Shown here piece by piece: positions 28,048 to 38,102 of a DNA stretch of 64,000 bases. The DNA is taken from NCBI GenBank assembly GCA_965203355.1, contig OZ241889.1, positions 704,001 through 768,000 of the forward strand. The letters are read 5' to 3'. Numbering within the stretch: position 1 is the stretch's first letter; every line of letters begins with the position of its first letter. The DNA is from Candidatus Latescibacterota bacterium (GTDB lineage Bacteria; Latescibacterota; UBA2968; UBA8231). Under the pieces are notes generated by a model. It was not told where the DNA came from and did no database searches. It worked only from the letters and a program-made list of their open reading frames with translations. The position numbers and the translations under genes were made by a program.

Positions 28048-29094
28048 CTATTGCAAATCCAGCCCGAGGCTGTGTGCGGCCTCGACGATGTGGCCCCAAG
28101 TCGTGTCGTCGATGGGAATACCTTCTTCTTGACGCTGGCGTCCCGTGCGGTATTCGGGGTCGCCGGGCAGCAGGATTTCGCCGATGTGCGGATCGACCCG
28201 GCTGGTGGATACGTGGCGGATGAGGCTTTCGAGTTCGTCGAAGTAGTAGTCTTTTTCAACGAAGTGCTCGATGTTGTACACCGTCAGGTGCAGTCCGTTG
28301 CTCTGCATGACGGTCTCGCCGTTGGCACAGCCCTGACCGCTAAGGGCTCCGCCTAAGATCTCAACGATCATACTCAAGCAGTACCCCTTATAGGCCACCG
28401 GCCCGCCGAAGGGCAGGATCGCGCCGGGCGGATCGCCGACAAATGCTATCGGGTCGGTAGAAGGGTTGCCATCGCGGTCGATGATTCGGCCTTCGGGTAG
28501 CTGTTCTCCGCGGTTGTAGGCAACGCGGACCTTGCCTTCGGCGCAGACCGAGGTGGTCATATCGACCAAGATCGGATCGGCGTTGCGCCGAGGCGCGGCA
28601 CAGGATATGGGGTTGGTGCTGAGCTTGCCGTCAATCCCACCGTAGGGAGCGATTTGCCGCCCGAGGTGACCGGCGTTGCAAAAGGCTAGGCCAATCATCC
28701 CTTGACGAGCGACCTGCAGCGGATAGGCCCCCACCCGGCCAACGTGTCCGCAGTTGCGCAGAGTGGCAGTAGCGACTCCGTACTGAGCGGCCTTGTCGAT
28801 GGCTAGCTGAGTAGCGAAAGTTCCGCCGATCTGGCCCATGGTCCCGCCGCCATCGACGACCACTGTGCAGGGTTTTTCGCTGACAATAGAAGGCTGGCCT
28901 TTAGGATCAAAGATGCCGTCTTGGATCTGCTTGATGTATTCGTAGAGGCGCAGGCTGCCGTGTGAATCGTGTCCGTAGAGAGAGGACTCGACTAAGTGAT
29001 CGGTCACGGCGCGGGCGTTTGCGGGAGGGCAGCCTGCCGTCTCGAAGAGCTGGTAGCCGATCTTGCGCAGGTCGTCGGGATTGATGTGCGGCAT
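28048..29094 (-). CDS. Ldh_2 (malate/L-lactate/L-sulfolactate dehydrogenase-like) oxidoreductase
   Basis: GHDSHG, NCGHVGRVG, STNPIS, DMTTS, YKGYCLS, LLPGDPE. Confidence 0.92.
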   Translation of the reverse strand: MPHINPDDLRKIGYQLFETAGCPPANARAVTDHLVESSLYGHDSHGSLRLYEYIKQIQDGIFDPKGQPSIVSEKPCTVVVDGGGTMGQIGGTFATQLAIDKAAQYGVATATLRNCGHVGRVGAYPLQVARQGMIGLAFCNAGHLGRQIAPYGGIDGKLSTNPISCAAPRRNADPILVDMTTSVCAEGKVRVAYNRGEQLPEGRIIDRDGNPSTDPIAFVGDPPGAILPFGGPVAYKGYCLSMIVEILGGALSGQGCANGETVMQSNGLHLTVYNIEHFVEKDYYFDELESLIRHVSTSRVDPHIGEILLPGDPEYRTGRQRQEEGIPIDDTTWGHIVEAAHSLGLDLQ

Positions 29095-29909
29095 TAGTTA
29101 GTTGCTCCTCCGAGGACGCGCTCGACTTCCCGTTCCCAAGTCCCAGCGACGCGCACACCGTATTCGGCTTCGCCACCCGTGGCCTCCGACCCGACCAAGA
29201 TGGGCTGGCCGCGTCGTTCGCCGATGAGTCTGGCACGCTCGACACAGGAAGCGTGCAGGAAGTGGAAGGCAAGTCCAGCGCGCTCGCGATTGGTGGTATT
29301 TGCCTTGGTAGCATGGGCGGTGCCGTAGCAGAAGAAGGCGACGCCACCGGCCTTTAGCTCAATGGGCACGGTGCGCTCCTCGGGTACTTGGCAGTGAATG
29401 TGGTGGTCGGAGTAGGGGTCGCGGTCGTGCGGGTATTCCTCCTTGAAGGAGTCGTGCACGACGTGGATGGTGCCGTTTTGGATGGTTGCGTCGTGAACGG
29501 CGACCCACATGGCAGTGCCTTTTAATGGGTCGGCGATTTTGAAATAGGCGTTGTCTTGGTGCCAGTCCGTGCCCATGCCGTGCCCAGCCGGCTTGAGAAA
29601 CATCTGGTCTAGGTGTAGGAGGAAGGGTGTGCCGATGAGTTGTGAAACGGCAACGGTGATTTTTTCGTCAAAGGGCAGGGCGCGAATGAGATCGCTTTTG
29701 TCGTACAGGGGAATCAATTGCAGGTTGACCTTGGTGGAGGATGGGGTCTGGCCGTCGCCCTCGGTGGCGACATTGCGAACCAAGCCCTCGCGTTTGAAGC
29801 GCTCGACTTCGGCTTGCAAGGCTCGGACTTCGCGGGGGTCAAAAAAATCGGGAACTGCGGCGTAACCGTGGTTTTTGAAATGGGTTACTTGGGCTTGGGA
29901 AAGCGACAC
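29094..29909 (-). CDS. Phytanoyl-CoA dioxygenase (PhyH) family Fe/2OG dioxygenase
   Basis: HFKNHGY, WHQDNAYF (HxD), TAHATKANTT...R. Confidence 0.9.
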   Translation of the reverse strand: MSLSQAQVTHFKNHGYAAVPDFFDPREVRALQAEVERFKREGLVRNVATEGDGQTPSSTKVNLQLIPLYDKSDLIRALPFDEKITVAVSQLIGTPFLLHLDQMFLKPAGHGMGTDWHQDNAYFKIADPLKGTAMWVAVHDATIQNGTIHVVHDSFKEEYPHDRDPYSDHHIHCQVPEERTVPIELKAGGVAFFCYGTAHATKANTTNRERAGLAFHFLHASCVERARLIGERRGQPILVGSEATGGEAEYGVRVAGTWEREVERVLGGATN

Positions 29910-29942
29910 AGATGGCTCCTTGCCTTGTGCAGAATAGCGGAA

Positions 29943-31355
29943 CTAGGATGTGCGCTGGGAAGCCTTCGCCAACTCGCATAAGAGCGCGGCCGCAGTGCGG
30001 ATGCCACGGTGAAAGTCGCGCATGGAAAAGCACTCGTTGGGGCCGTGCCAGTTGTCGGTGATTTGCCCTAGCCCGATGAGCAGGACCGGTGCGCCTGTCG
30101 CGGCGGCAAAATCGACGACAATGGGGATGGAGCCGCCTTCGCGGGTAAACACCGGCTCAACTCCGAACCCCTTGCGTATCGCCTCAAGTGTCGGCTCGAC
30201 TAGGGGATGGTCTAGGTCCAAGTAGTAGGACGGTGAGCAATGCTGGTTTTTGAACTCGACGCGCGTGTCGGCTGGCAGCCGAGCGCGGATGTGTCCTTCG
30301 AGGGCGGCTTGGATGCGTTCGGGATTTTGGTCTGGCACTAATCGGCAGGAGATGGCCGCTCGGGCTACAGCCGGAATGACCGTGCGCGGACTGCCGCCGC
30401 TGAGGAGATTGATGTCGAGCGTGGGACGAGTCCAGCGCCTTTCGAGAATGGGGTACTCCTGCTCTCCCGCTAGCGATCCTACGCCCAAGGTGCGGCAATA
30501 AGCCTCCTCGTCCACCGCGAGGGCTGCGTAGAGTTTCTTTTCGCGGGCCGAAAGCGGCTGCACTTCGTCGTAGAAACCGGGCACAGTGATATGCCCTTCA
30601 GCGTCAATGAGGTCGGATAAAGCGTTGACGAGCAGTTGATTGGGGTTGTGGACAATGCCGCCAAAAAGGCCGGAATGCACGTCCTGCATCGGCCCAAAAA
30701 CCTCGACCTCGGTATAGACAATGCCGCGCAGCCCCAAAGTCAACGAGGGCTGATCCGGTCCATACATGCTGGTGTCGGAAATCACCGTACAAAGCACTGG
30801 GGCAAATTCGTCAAGCCCACCCTCGGCCACAAACTGGCTCAACGCCGTGCTGCCGCATTCCTCCTCGCCCTCGATCAGAAAGACCAGATTAAACGGAAGC
30901 CGATCCCCCCGGGCGAGGACGACTTCGGCCGCCTTCAGATGCGCGAAGCAAGGCCCCTTATTGTCGCTGGCCCCTCGGGCGATGAGGAAGCCGTCCCGCT
31001 CTTCGGCGGCAAAGGGATCTACCACCCAGGCCGAGCGTGGATTGTCCACTCCTTGGACATCGTAATGACCATAGAGCAAGACGGTGGGTCGATCCGACGA
31101 GAACGCGGGACTGCGGGCGACGACTAGGGGATTGGTAGCGGCCCCCACTTGGATCTTTTCGACTTCAAACCCCATTTGGTCGAATTGGCCGACGAGGAAA
31201 TGGGCCGCTTGAGTGAGGGCGTCGCTGGTGTCTTCATCGGCACCAGTGCTGATGCTGGGAATGCGGATGAAGGATTTCAGTTGTTCGATGTAGGTCCGCT
31301 GCTGCTCATCAATGCACAGCAGTGCTTTCTCCAAGGCTATGTCTTGCTCGCGCAT
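29943..31355 (-). CDS. M20 family dipeptidase
   Basis: YGHYDVQ, RGASDNKG, EGEEECGS, GGSIP, WHGPNE. Confidence 0.93.
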   Translation of the reverse strand: MREQDIALEKALLCIDEQQRTYIEQLKSFIRIPSISTGADEDTSDALTQAAHFLVGQFDQMGFEVEKIQVGAATNPLVVARSPAFSSDRPTVLLYGHYDVQGVDNPRSAWVVDPFAAEERDGFLIARGASDNKGPCFAHLKAAEVVLARGDRLPFNLVFLIEGEEECGSTALSQFVAEGGLDEFAPVLCTVISDTSMYGPDQPSLTLGLRGIVYTEVEVFGPMQDVHSGLFGGIVHNPNQLLVNALSDLIDAEGHITVPGFYDEVQPLSAREKKLYAALAVDEEAYCRTLGVGSLAGEQEYPILERRWTRPTLDINLLSGGSPRTVIPAVARAAISCRLVPDQNPERIQAALEGHIRARLPADTRVEFKNQHCSPSYYLDLDHPLVEPTLEAIRKGFGVEPVFTREGGSIPIVVDFAAATGAPVLLIGLGQITDNWHGPNECFSMRDFHRGIRTAAALLCELAKASQRTS

Positions 31356-31479
31356 CACTTCTCTGTTCTTTGATCGTCCGCCCCGTCCTTCAGCCTAGCC
31401 CGCCCGCCTTGCTGAGGTCGGGTTTATTAATTAGCTTCTTGCAACGCAAAAAGTTGAGATCAAGTCCGCTTTGCCCGCC

Positions 31480-31504
31480 TTGCACACTTCCCGCAACTGT
31501 GCAA
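31480..31504. promoter_or_regulatory. Inverted repeat TTGCACA-N11-TGTGCAA overlapping the probable gap promoter
   Basis: Perfect 7-bp arms at 31480-31486 and 31498-31504; TTGCAC is -35-like and TATAAG follows. Confidence 0.5.
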
Positions 31505-31634
31505 TATAAGTTTTTACATCGGGCTGTAAAGCTCCGTTCATCCGTTCGCTACTTATTCGTTTGGCTAGTCGCATGGCCCGCAGGGATGAGCGGCTGACTT
31601 TTCTCAGACCCCCATATCTACTGCCGTTTATTAG

Positions 31635-32651
<1,017 letters not shown>

Positions 32652-32740
32652 CCGCGCCTTTGGGGGCTTTTACCTCGCTTTAAGCGAGACAGTACATACA
32701 AGACCCTGCGACTTAGGTTGGAAGCAGAAAGGCGGAACGC

Positions 32741-33286
32741 ATGTTTGAGGAAGTCTGGAGAGCCTACGGAGAAAACGAGTTAAGCCACAGCGCCGCGCAC
32801 CACTTGATGGCAATCCACGAGCTGCGCCGGGAGTACGGCTATGCCCGCGTCTCGGATATCGCCAAGCACCTGAGCATTACCAAAGGTAGCGTCTCGACGG
32901 CCATGAAGCATCTCAAGGAGCGCGGCTACGTGCAAGAGGATCCCAACCGCTTCCTCGAACTTACCGAACAGGGCCTGAAGGTCGTGCAGGAAACCGAGGC
33001 CACGCGCCTAGTGGTGCAGCGTTTCCTCGGAGACGCCCTCGGCATGGACGAGGACGATGCCATGATCGACGCCTGCAAAGTTGAGCACCTAATCAGCAAT
33101 GAGGCGCGGCAGCGGTTGGTCTGCTTTTTGCGCGTGTTGTTTTCGGAAAAATCTTCGGCCAACGAGTTTCTCCAGATGTTCCGCGATGGTGCTCTATCGT
33201 GTCGCGATGGCGATGTGGAATCGTGTTCCGTCTGCGAGGACATCTGCTACGGCTACCGCACCATTGCCTTGGCGGAGAGCGAGTAA
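32741..33286 (+). CDS. DtxR/MntR family metal-dependent regulator with Cys-rich tail
   Basis: ARVSDIAKHLSITKGSVS HTH; DACKVEH; C-terminal C-x6-C-x2-C-x3-C. Confidence 0.88.
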   Translation: MFEEVWRAYGENELSHSAAHHLMAIHELRREYGYARVSDIAKHLSITKGSVSTAMKHLKERGYVQEDPNRFLELTEQGLKVVQETEATRLVVQRFLGDALGMDEDDAMIDACKVEHLISNEARQRLVCFLRVLFSEKSSANEFLQMFRDGALSCRDGDVESCSVCEDICYGYRTIALAESE

Positions 33287-33315
33287 ATCCCAAGCCTATA
33301 CAGCGTTAGCGATCT

Positions 33316-33340
33316 GGCCGGGCGGCGTCCGGCCTTTTTT
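33316..33340 (+). terminator. Rho-independent terminator after the MntR-like gene
   Basis: GGCCGG...CCGGCC followed by TTTTTT. Confidence 0.65.
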
Positions 33341-33351
33341 GTGAGCGGACC

Positions 33352-34314
33352 ATGCTGGATTTTCTACAGCGGCAATTTCTGCCCGTTGGTCTGTTGGGCG
33401 GGGCTGTGGTGGGATTCTTCTTTCCCCGTCCAGGCCTCTACATGGCCGAACTGCCCACTCAGTACGTTGCGGTCAGCCTCATTTTTTTTCTTTCGGGGCT
33501 GATGCTGAAAACCGACGAAGTACACGCGGCTCTCGCTGCGTGGAAAGCGATGTCTTGGGGGTGTATTTCGATTCTCTTCGCCACGCCCTTTCTCGGTGCG
33601 GCGATCGCGTTCCAACTCCCGATGGAACCTGCCTTCCAATTTGGTCTGGCCCTGTTCTGCTGCATGCCGACGACCCTGACTTCGGGCGTGGCGCTGACGG
33701 CGCAGGCCCGAGGCAATGTTGCGCTCGCCCTGCTTTTGACCGTGATGACCAATATCGCCGGCATTTTCACAGTGCCCTTCGTGTTGGCGCATCTTCTGAG
33801 TTCCCTAGGCCAAGTCGAGCTTTCGGCTGGCGATCTGTTCGCCAAACTCTGTCTTTCGATCTTGCTGCCTTTGGGCGTCGGCAAGTACCTGCGGCGCTTC
33901 GCTGTCGATTGGGTCAACGCCCAGCGCTCGCGGTTGACTTTGGCCAGCAACGCCGCACTGATCTCGATTCCGTGGATGAAATTCAGCGAGTCTGCTGGAC
34001 AACTAGCCCAGATAGAGCCGGTGGATTTGCTGATTCTGGTGGCGTCTGGCTTGGCAATTCACGCGCTCTACCTGCTGCTCAATGGCGGTGCTTGTGCGCT
34101 TTTGCGGCTCAAAGCGGCGGTGCGCAAGGCCGTTGTGCTGATGGCGAGCCAGAAGACCTTGCCGGTGGCGATGACAGTGCTGGCATTTTTGCCGGATTCG
34201 GCGGTGTCGCCCGAGCAGAAAGGATTGATAGCAATCCCTTGTATTGTGTTTCACCTAGGGCAGATTTTCATGGATGCAGTTATCGCGACGCGGTGGGGAA
34301 CGAAACAAAGATAG
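33352..34314 (+). CDS. Bile acid:sodium symporter (SBF-like) family transporter
   Basis: MPTTLTSGVALT...GNVALA, SQKTLPVA, HLGQ. Confidence 0.9.
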   Translation: MLDFLQRQFLPVGLLGGAVVGFFFPRPGLYMAELPTQYVAVSLIFFLSGLMLKTDEVHAALAAWKAMSWGCISILFATPFLGAAIAFQLPMEPAFQFGLALFCCMPTTLTSGVALTAQARGNVALALLLTVMTNIAGIFTVPFVLAHLLSSLGQVELSAGDLFAKLCLSILLPLGVGKYLRRFAVDWVNAQRSRLTLASNAALISIPWMKFSESAGQLAQIEPVDLLILVASGLAIHALYLLLNGGACALLRLKAAVRKAVVLMASQKTLPVAMTVLAFLPDSAVSPEQKGLIAIPCIVFHLGQIFMDAVIATRWGTKQR

Positions 34315-34364
34315 GAACGGCTGTGGTCGTAGAGGTCACAGCCGCTTTGTGTAGACAGGCCGCC

Positions 34365-34865
34365 TTAAAAGAGATTGAGCTGAGGAGAAATCGCGCCTTC
34401 GAGGGCGAGTAACGCCCTCTTGATCGGCAGGCCTCCGGCGTACCCGACCAGCTTGCCGTTGCTGCCAACCACGCGGTGACAAGGCACGACGATTGGCAGG
34501 GGATTCTTACCGTTGGCCAAGCCGACAGCGCGGACCGAGCTTGGGTTGCCGATGCGGTGCGCTAGCTCCAAGTAGGAGATCGTCTCGCCGTAGGGAATCT
34601 CCGCGAGTGCCGCCCAGACTTTGCGCTGAAACGCCGTTCCTTGGGGGTTGAGCGGCAGGTCGAAGCTGCGTAGATGACCGGCGAAGTAGGAATCGAGCTG
34701 ATCGGCGACCGGATAGGGCAAGGCCGCCACGGCCTGCCAAGCCGGCGGCGGGGTAAAGTCGCGCTCTTTGAACTGAATGTGTTGCAAGCTAGTAGAGTCG
34801 CCGGCTAGAAGTAACTCGCCGATGGGGCTATATATAATAGTATAGAGCAAGTCGTCAGCGGACAT
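34365..34865 (-). CDS. ogt: Methylated-DNA--protein-cysteine methyltransferase
   Basis: GTAFQRKVW, IPYGETISY, NPLPIVVPCHRV; ends QLNLF. Confidence 0.95.
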   Translation of the reverse strand: MSADDLLYTIIYSPIGELLLAGDSTSLQHIQFKERDFTPPPAWQAVAALPYPVADQLDSYFAGHLRSFDLPLNPQGTAFQRKVWAALAEIPYGETISYLELAHRIGNPSSVRAVGLANGKNPLPIVVPCHRVVGSNGKLVGYAGGLPIKRALLALEGAISPQLNLF

Positions 34866-34872
34866 AGCGATC

Positions 34873-36123
34873 CTAGTGCGATTCCCCCAGTGCCTGAAAG
34901 TCCGTCCCGGTCGGCTCCTGAAAGACTCGCAGATCAAAGGCGGGCACAATGGCGAAGATGTGGTCGAAAATGTCGGCCTGAATCGCCTCGTAGTTGGCCC
35001 AGATTTTATCCTTGCAAAAGACGTAGATTTCGAGGGGCAGCCCCTTGGAAGTCGGCGCTAGCTGACGCACCAGAAAGGTCATCTCTTGGTTGATCTGCGG
35101 ATGGTTTTTCAGGTACGCCTGCACGTAGGCGCGAAAGGTGCCGACATTGGTCATGCGCCGCCCATTTACCAGATGCGAAAGATCTACTTGGTTGAGCTCG
35201 TTGTATTGGGCTAGCTCTTTCTTTTTGCGCTCAATGTGGGCGGTGATGTACTGAATCTTGGCGAAGCGGGCGAGCATTTCCTCGTCGCAAAACTTGATGG
35301 TGCTGACGTCGAGACAGATTGCCCGCTTGATCCGCCGCCCGCCCGAGTCTTGCATCCCGCGCCAGTTTTTGAACGACTCGCTGATCAGCGCGTACGTGGG
35401 GATCGTCGTGATGGTCTTGTCCCAGTTTTGCACCTTGACCGTCGTCAGCGTTATGTCGATCACGTCGCCGTCGGCCCCGTATTGGGGCATTTCAATCCAG
35501 TCGCCATAGGCGACCATGCGATTTACCGAGATCTGGATGCCAGCGACCAGCCCGAGTATCGAGTCGCGGAAGACCAAAAGCAGCACCGCGGTCATCGCCG
35601 TCAGGCCGCCGAGCAAGTAGAGCGGCGATTGGCCGATCAGGATTGAGACGACGAGAATGCTGCCGAGCAAAAAGAGGATGATCTTGAGGAATTGCAGCAG
35701 CCCCTTGATGGAGATTTCTTGCGCGGTCCTAGTGCTGTGGTAGATGCTGCCGCCCGCGTTTATCAATGCCTCAATGGCCAGTAAGCCGGAGAGCACCAGA
35801 TAAACATGCGCCGCGGTCTGAATAATTTTGACGGAAACGGGATGGCCCTCTAAGGCCATCGGCCCTAGGTAGTAGAAGATGAGACCGGGGACTAGATGGG
35901 CCAGCCGGTGCAGAACTCGGCACTTGATTAGGGCGTCGTCGTAGGGAAAATCGGTGCGGTGAATGATGGCGGCGATCCCGCGGAGCAGCGGTCTTCTGGC
36001 CAAGCGATGAGCGAGCCAAGCGACGAAGGCCACCATAGCCAAGGCGACCAGTGCGGCGAGATCTTCACTGAGATCTTTGCCGAGGCCCCATCCGAAAAAT
36101 TGGCTACGCAGTGCGTTGAGCAT
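34873..36123 (-). CDS. MscS family mechanosensitive channel (YbdG/MscM-like)
   Basis: GDWIEMP, VKVQNWDKTITTIPTY, NWRGM...GGRRIKR, YEAIQADIFDH. Confidence 0.92.
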   Translation of the reverse strand: MLNALRSQFFGWGLGKDLSEDLAALVALAMVAFVAWLAHRLARRPLLRGIAAIIHRTDFPYDDALIKCRVLHRLAHLVPGLIFYYLGPMALEGHPVSVKIIQTAAHVYLVLSGLLAIEALINAGGSIYHSTRTAQEISIKGLLQFLKIILFLLGSILVVSILIGQSPLYLLGGLTAMTAVLLLVFRDSILGLVAGIQISVNRMVAYGDWIEMPQYGADGDVIDITLTTVKVQNWDKTITTIPTYALISESFKNWRGMQDSGGRRIKRAICLDVSTIKFCDEEMLARFAKIQYITAHIERKKKELAQYNELNQVDLSHLVNGRRMTNVGTFRAYVQAYLKNHPQINQEMTFLVRQLAPTSKGLPLEIYVFCKDKIWANYEAIQADIFDHIFAIVPAFDLRVFQEPTGTDFQALGESH

Positions 36124-36183
36124 CTATTGTTAAAAAAAGATGGCGGCTAAGGTGGCTCGTAGAGGAGGACAGGGAAAGTCTCG

Positions 36184-36675
36184 TTACTCTGGAACGGATA
36201 GAGCTGAAGGAAAATCGGCGAACAGGGTCGATTGCTCTTGTTCACCGCCATAAGAATAAAAGATCAAACGACCTCCTTCGTCGACGAGCCAGAACTCCTG
36301 GGCACCCCGAGCCAAGTACAAATCCTTCTTGGCCAACATCTCGCCAATGGAGTTGGAGGGTGAGCGGATTTCGCTGCATAGTTCCGGTGCTTGGAGATAG
36401 GGCGTATCCATTCCGTGGCGGGCGAAGAAAGCGTCCGAACCCCAAGCTACATCGGCGACTTTGACGCCTTGGCTGGTCTGGACCGAGCACTCGGTCAGAA
36501 CGCGCCCCGCTGTTTTCTGTTGCATCAGTGTGAAGACGATGAGGACTTGGATATGGCCGTGTTTGTTTGAGGCAGGCGTCATGGTGATGTGTCCCCATTC
36601 GTTTAATTCGATCTTGAAGGGTAGGTCCTGCAGGGCCTTGTTTTGGCACACTTCAGTCCAGTTCATGGATGCCAT
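36184..36675 (-). CDS. Uma2 family (PD-(D/E)XK) putative endonuclease
   Basis: DLPFKIELNEWG, VKVADVAW, APELCSEIRSPSN, YLARGAQEFWLV. Confidence 0.88.
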   Translation of the reverse strand: MASMNWTEVCQNKALQDLPFKIELNEWGHITMTPASNKHGHIQVLIVFTLMQQKTAGRVLTECSVQTSQGVKVADVAWGSDAFFARHGMDTPYLQAPELCSEIRSPSNSIGEMLAKKDLYLARGAQEFWLVDEGGRLIFYSYGGEQEQSTLFADFPSALSVPE

Positions 36676-36699
36676 GCTCCGATTGAGGTAATATCATAG

Positions 36700-36885
36700 A
36701 GGGAAGATAGCCTACCTCCGCAGCGAACTCAACCCCGCCGGTCCCATCAAGGCGGAAATGCACTACCACATACATAGACCGAGGCGGCCTCTGGTACACT
36801 TTGGCCTTGGGCACCTCGGGGGGCTTAGTATCTTCATCGGTGCTGGTGGTGTTGGTCGTGCCGCTATGTCTGATCGGGCGCGGCT
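36700..36885 (+). pseudogene. Remnant of an RND efflux permease
   Basis: Frame from 36777 reads DRGGLWYTLALGTSGGLVSSSVLVVLVVPL, resembling the AcrB-family last TM helix (GGLxxSTxLxLxxVP); no start codon. Confidence 0.55.
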
Positions 36886-38039
36886 CACTCGGGGCTGGTG
36901 GCGATGCCGTATAGGGCTTCGCCAATAAAATCGCGCCGCCACCCGCGCAGGAGGCGATGATCTTTGGGCGTGGCTGCGCCTCCGTCGAGGATGAGGTTGC
37001 GCACTTCGGCCCGGGCCGCGACAAAGGGCGCGTCAATCTGCGCCGCGTCGCTTTGCTGGCGCAAGTGGTCCATAGACCGGGCGAGTTTGCGTTCGACGGT
37101 CTCTTTGTCGAGTTGCGGTTGGCTCGGGCACTCGGCGTCAAATAGCGATAGCTGGGCCGGCCGAAGTTGCGGTTGGTGTGGGCACTCGGCGTCGGGGACG
37201 GCCAGGCCACGGCGAATCTGTTCGAGCAGATAGCGGTCGTAGCGGTGATTGCCGAGTGTTCTGAGCCGGCCCAGTTCTCCCAGCGACCGAGGCTTGTGCC
37301 GGGCTAGTAACACGAGCGTTTCGTCCGTCAACACGTGATTGCGCGGCAGGTCGCTGCGCCGCGCTTCCTCTTCGCGCCATGCGGCCAACTCGCGGAGGAT
37401 GGCCAACTCGCGCCGGGAAACGCGCCCCGTGCCCTTGATCCGCGTGAATTGCTCGCGTGGATCCCGCGCCTCGTATAGCCGCGGGTCGTCGTACGTGGCC
37501 ATCTCCTCGGCCAGCCAAGTGCTGCGACCAATTTCTTCGACGCGCGCCTGCAACACCTTGCGCGTCTCGTGCAAATAGCGCACGTCCTCAATGGCGTATG
37601 CTAGCTGGTCTCTGGAAAGCGGGCGGCGTACCCAGTTGGTGCGCGTCTCGGTTTTGTCGAGGATCACGCCGAGGGTTTGCGCCAAAAGCTCGGCCAGCGA
37701 AGAAGTAGAGCTCATATTGGCAAACCCGGCGGCGCAGCGAGTGTCGAAGATGTTGCGAGGAAAAGCTCCTGTGACCCGGCGCAAAATAGCCAAGTCTTGT
37801 TGGGCGTCGTGGAGAATCAGTTCGATCTCGGCGTGTTCTAACAGGGCACCAAGAGGCGAGAGGTCCGCAATCGCCACCGGGTCAATTAGGTGGCAGTCGT
37901 CGCCAGCGAGGGCTAGTTGGATCACGCCTAACTGGGGATAATAGGTGCGGTTCCAAACGAATTCAGTGTCTAGGGCAACGCGCTCGCAGCTTAGGGCGTA
38001 CGCGACGAGTTCAGCCAGTGCTTCTGCGGTGCGGATCAT
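36885..38039 (-). CDS. rnd: Ribonuclease D (DEDDy exonuclease + HRDC)
   Basis: ALDTEF, LHDAQQDL, IFDT, TNWVRRPLS..QLAYAIEDV; HRDC WREEEARRSDLP; GWRR. Confidence 0.93.
   Translation of the reverse strand: MIRTAEALAELVAYALSCERVALDTEFVWNRTYYPQLGVIQLALAGDDCHLIDPVAIADLSPLGALLEHAEIELILHDAQQDLAILRRVTGAFPRNIFDTRCAAGFANMSSTSSLAELLAQTLGVILDKTETRTNWVRRPLSRDQLAYAIEDVRYLHETRKVLQARVEEIGRSTWLAEEMATYDDPRLYEARDPREQFTRIKGTGRVSRRELAILRELAAWREEEARRSDLPRNHVLTDETLVLLARHKPRSLGELGRLRTLGNHRYDRYLLEQIRRGLAVPDAECPHQPQLRPAQLSLFDAECPSQPQLDKETVERKLARSMDHLRQQSDAAQIDAPFVAARAEVRNLILDGGAATPKDHRLLRGWRRDFIGEALYGIATSPE
37111..37193. repeat. In-frame direct repeat (29 bp x2, 54-bp period) inside rnd
   Basis: AGTTGCGGTTGG(CTC|TGT)GGGCACTCGGCGTC at 37111 and 37165, encoding DAECPxQPQL twice. 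Confidence 0.9.
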
Positions 38040-38102
38040 GCGTCTGAAGGCATCTTAAGAAGTGATAATCAATGCAGAGGTTAGCAACATAAGACGAGGG
38101 CT

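Noticed and set aside
27714-28356. Several ORFs spanning selC
   Set aside because: Region is explained by the tRNA and the Ldh_2 gene end
31520-31595. HDV-like ribozyme interpretation of the gap-leader pseudoknot
   Set aside because: No P3/L3, P1.1 or P4/J4-2 elements in the required spacing
33540-34412. 290-aa ORF overlapping the symporter
   Set aside because: Shadow frame of a well-supported gene
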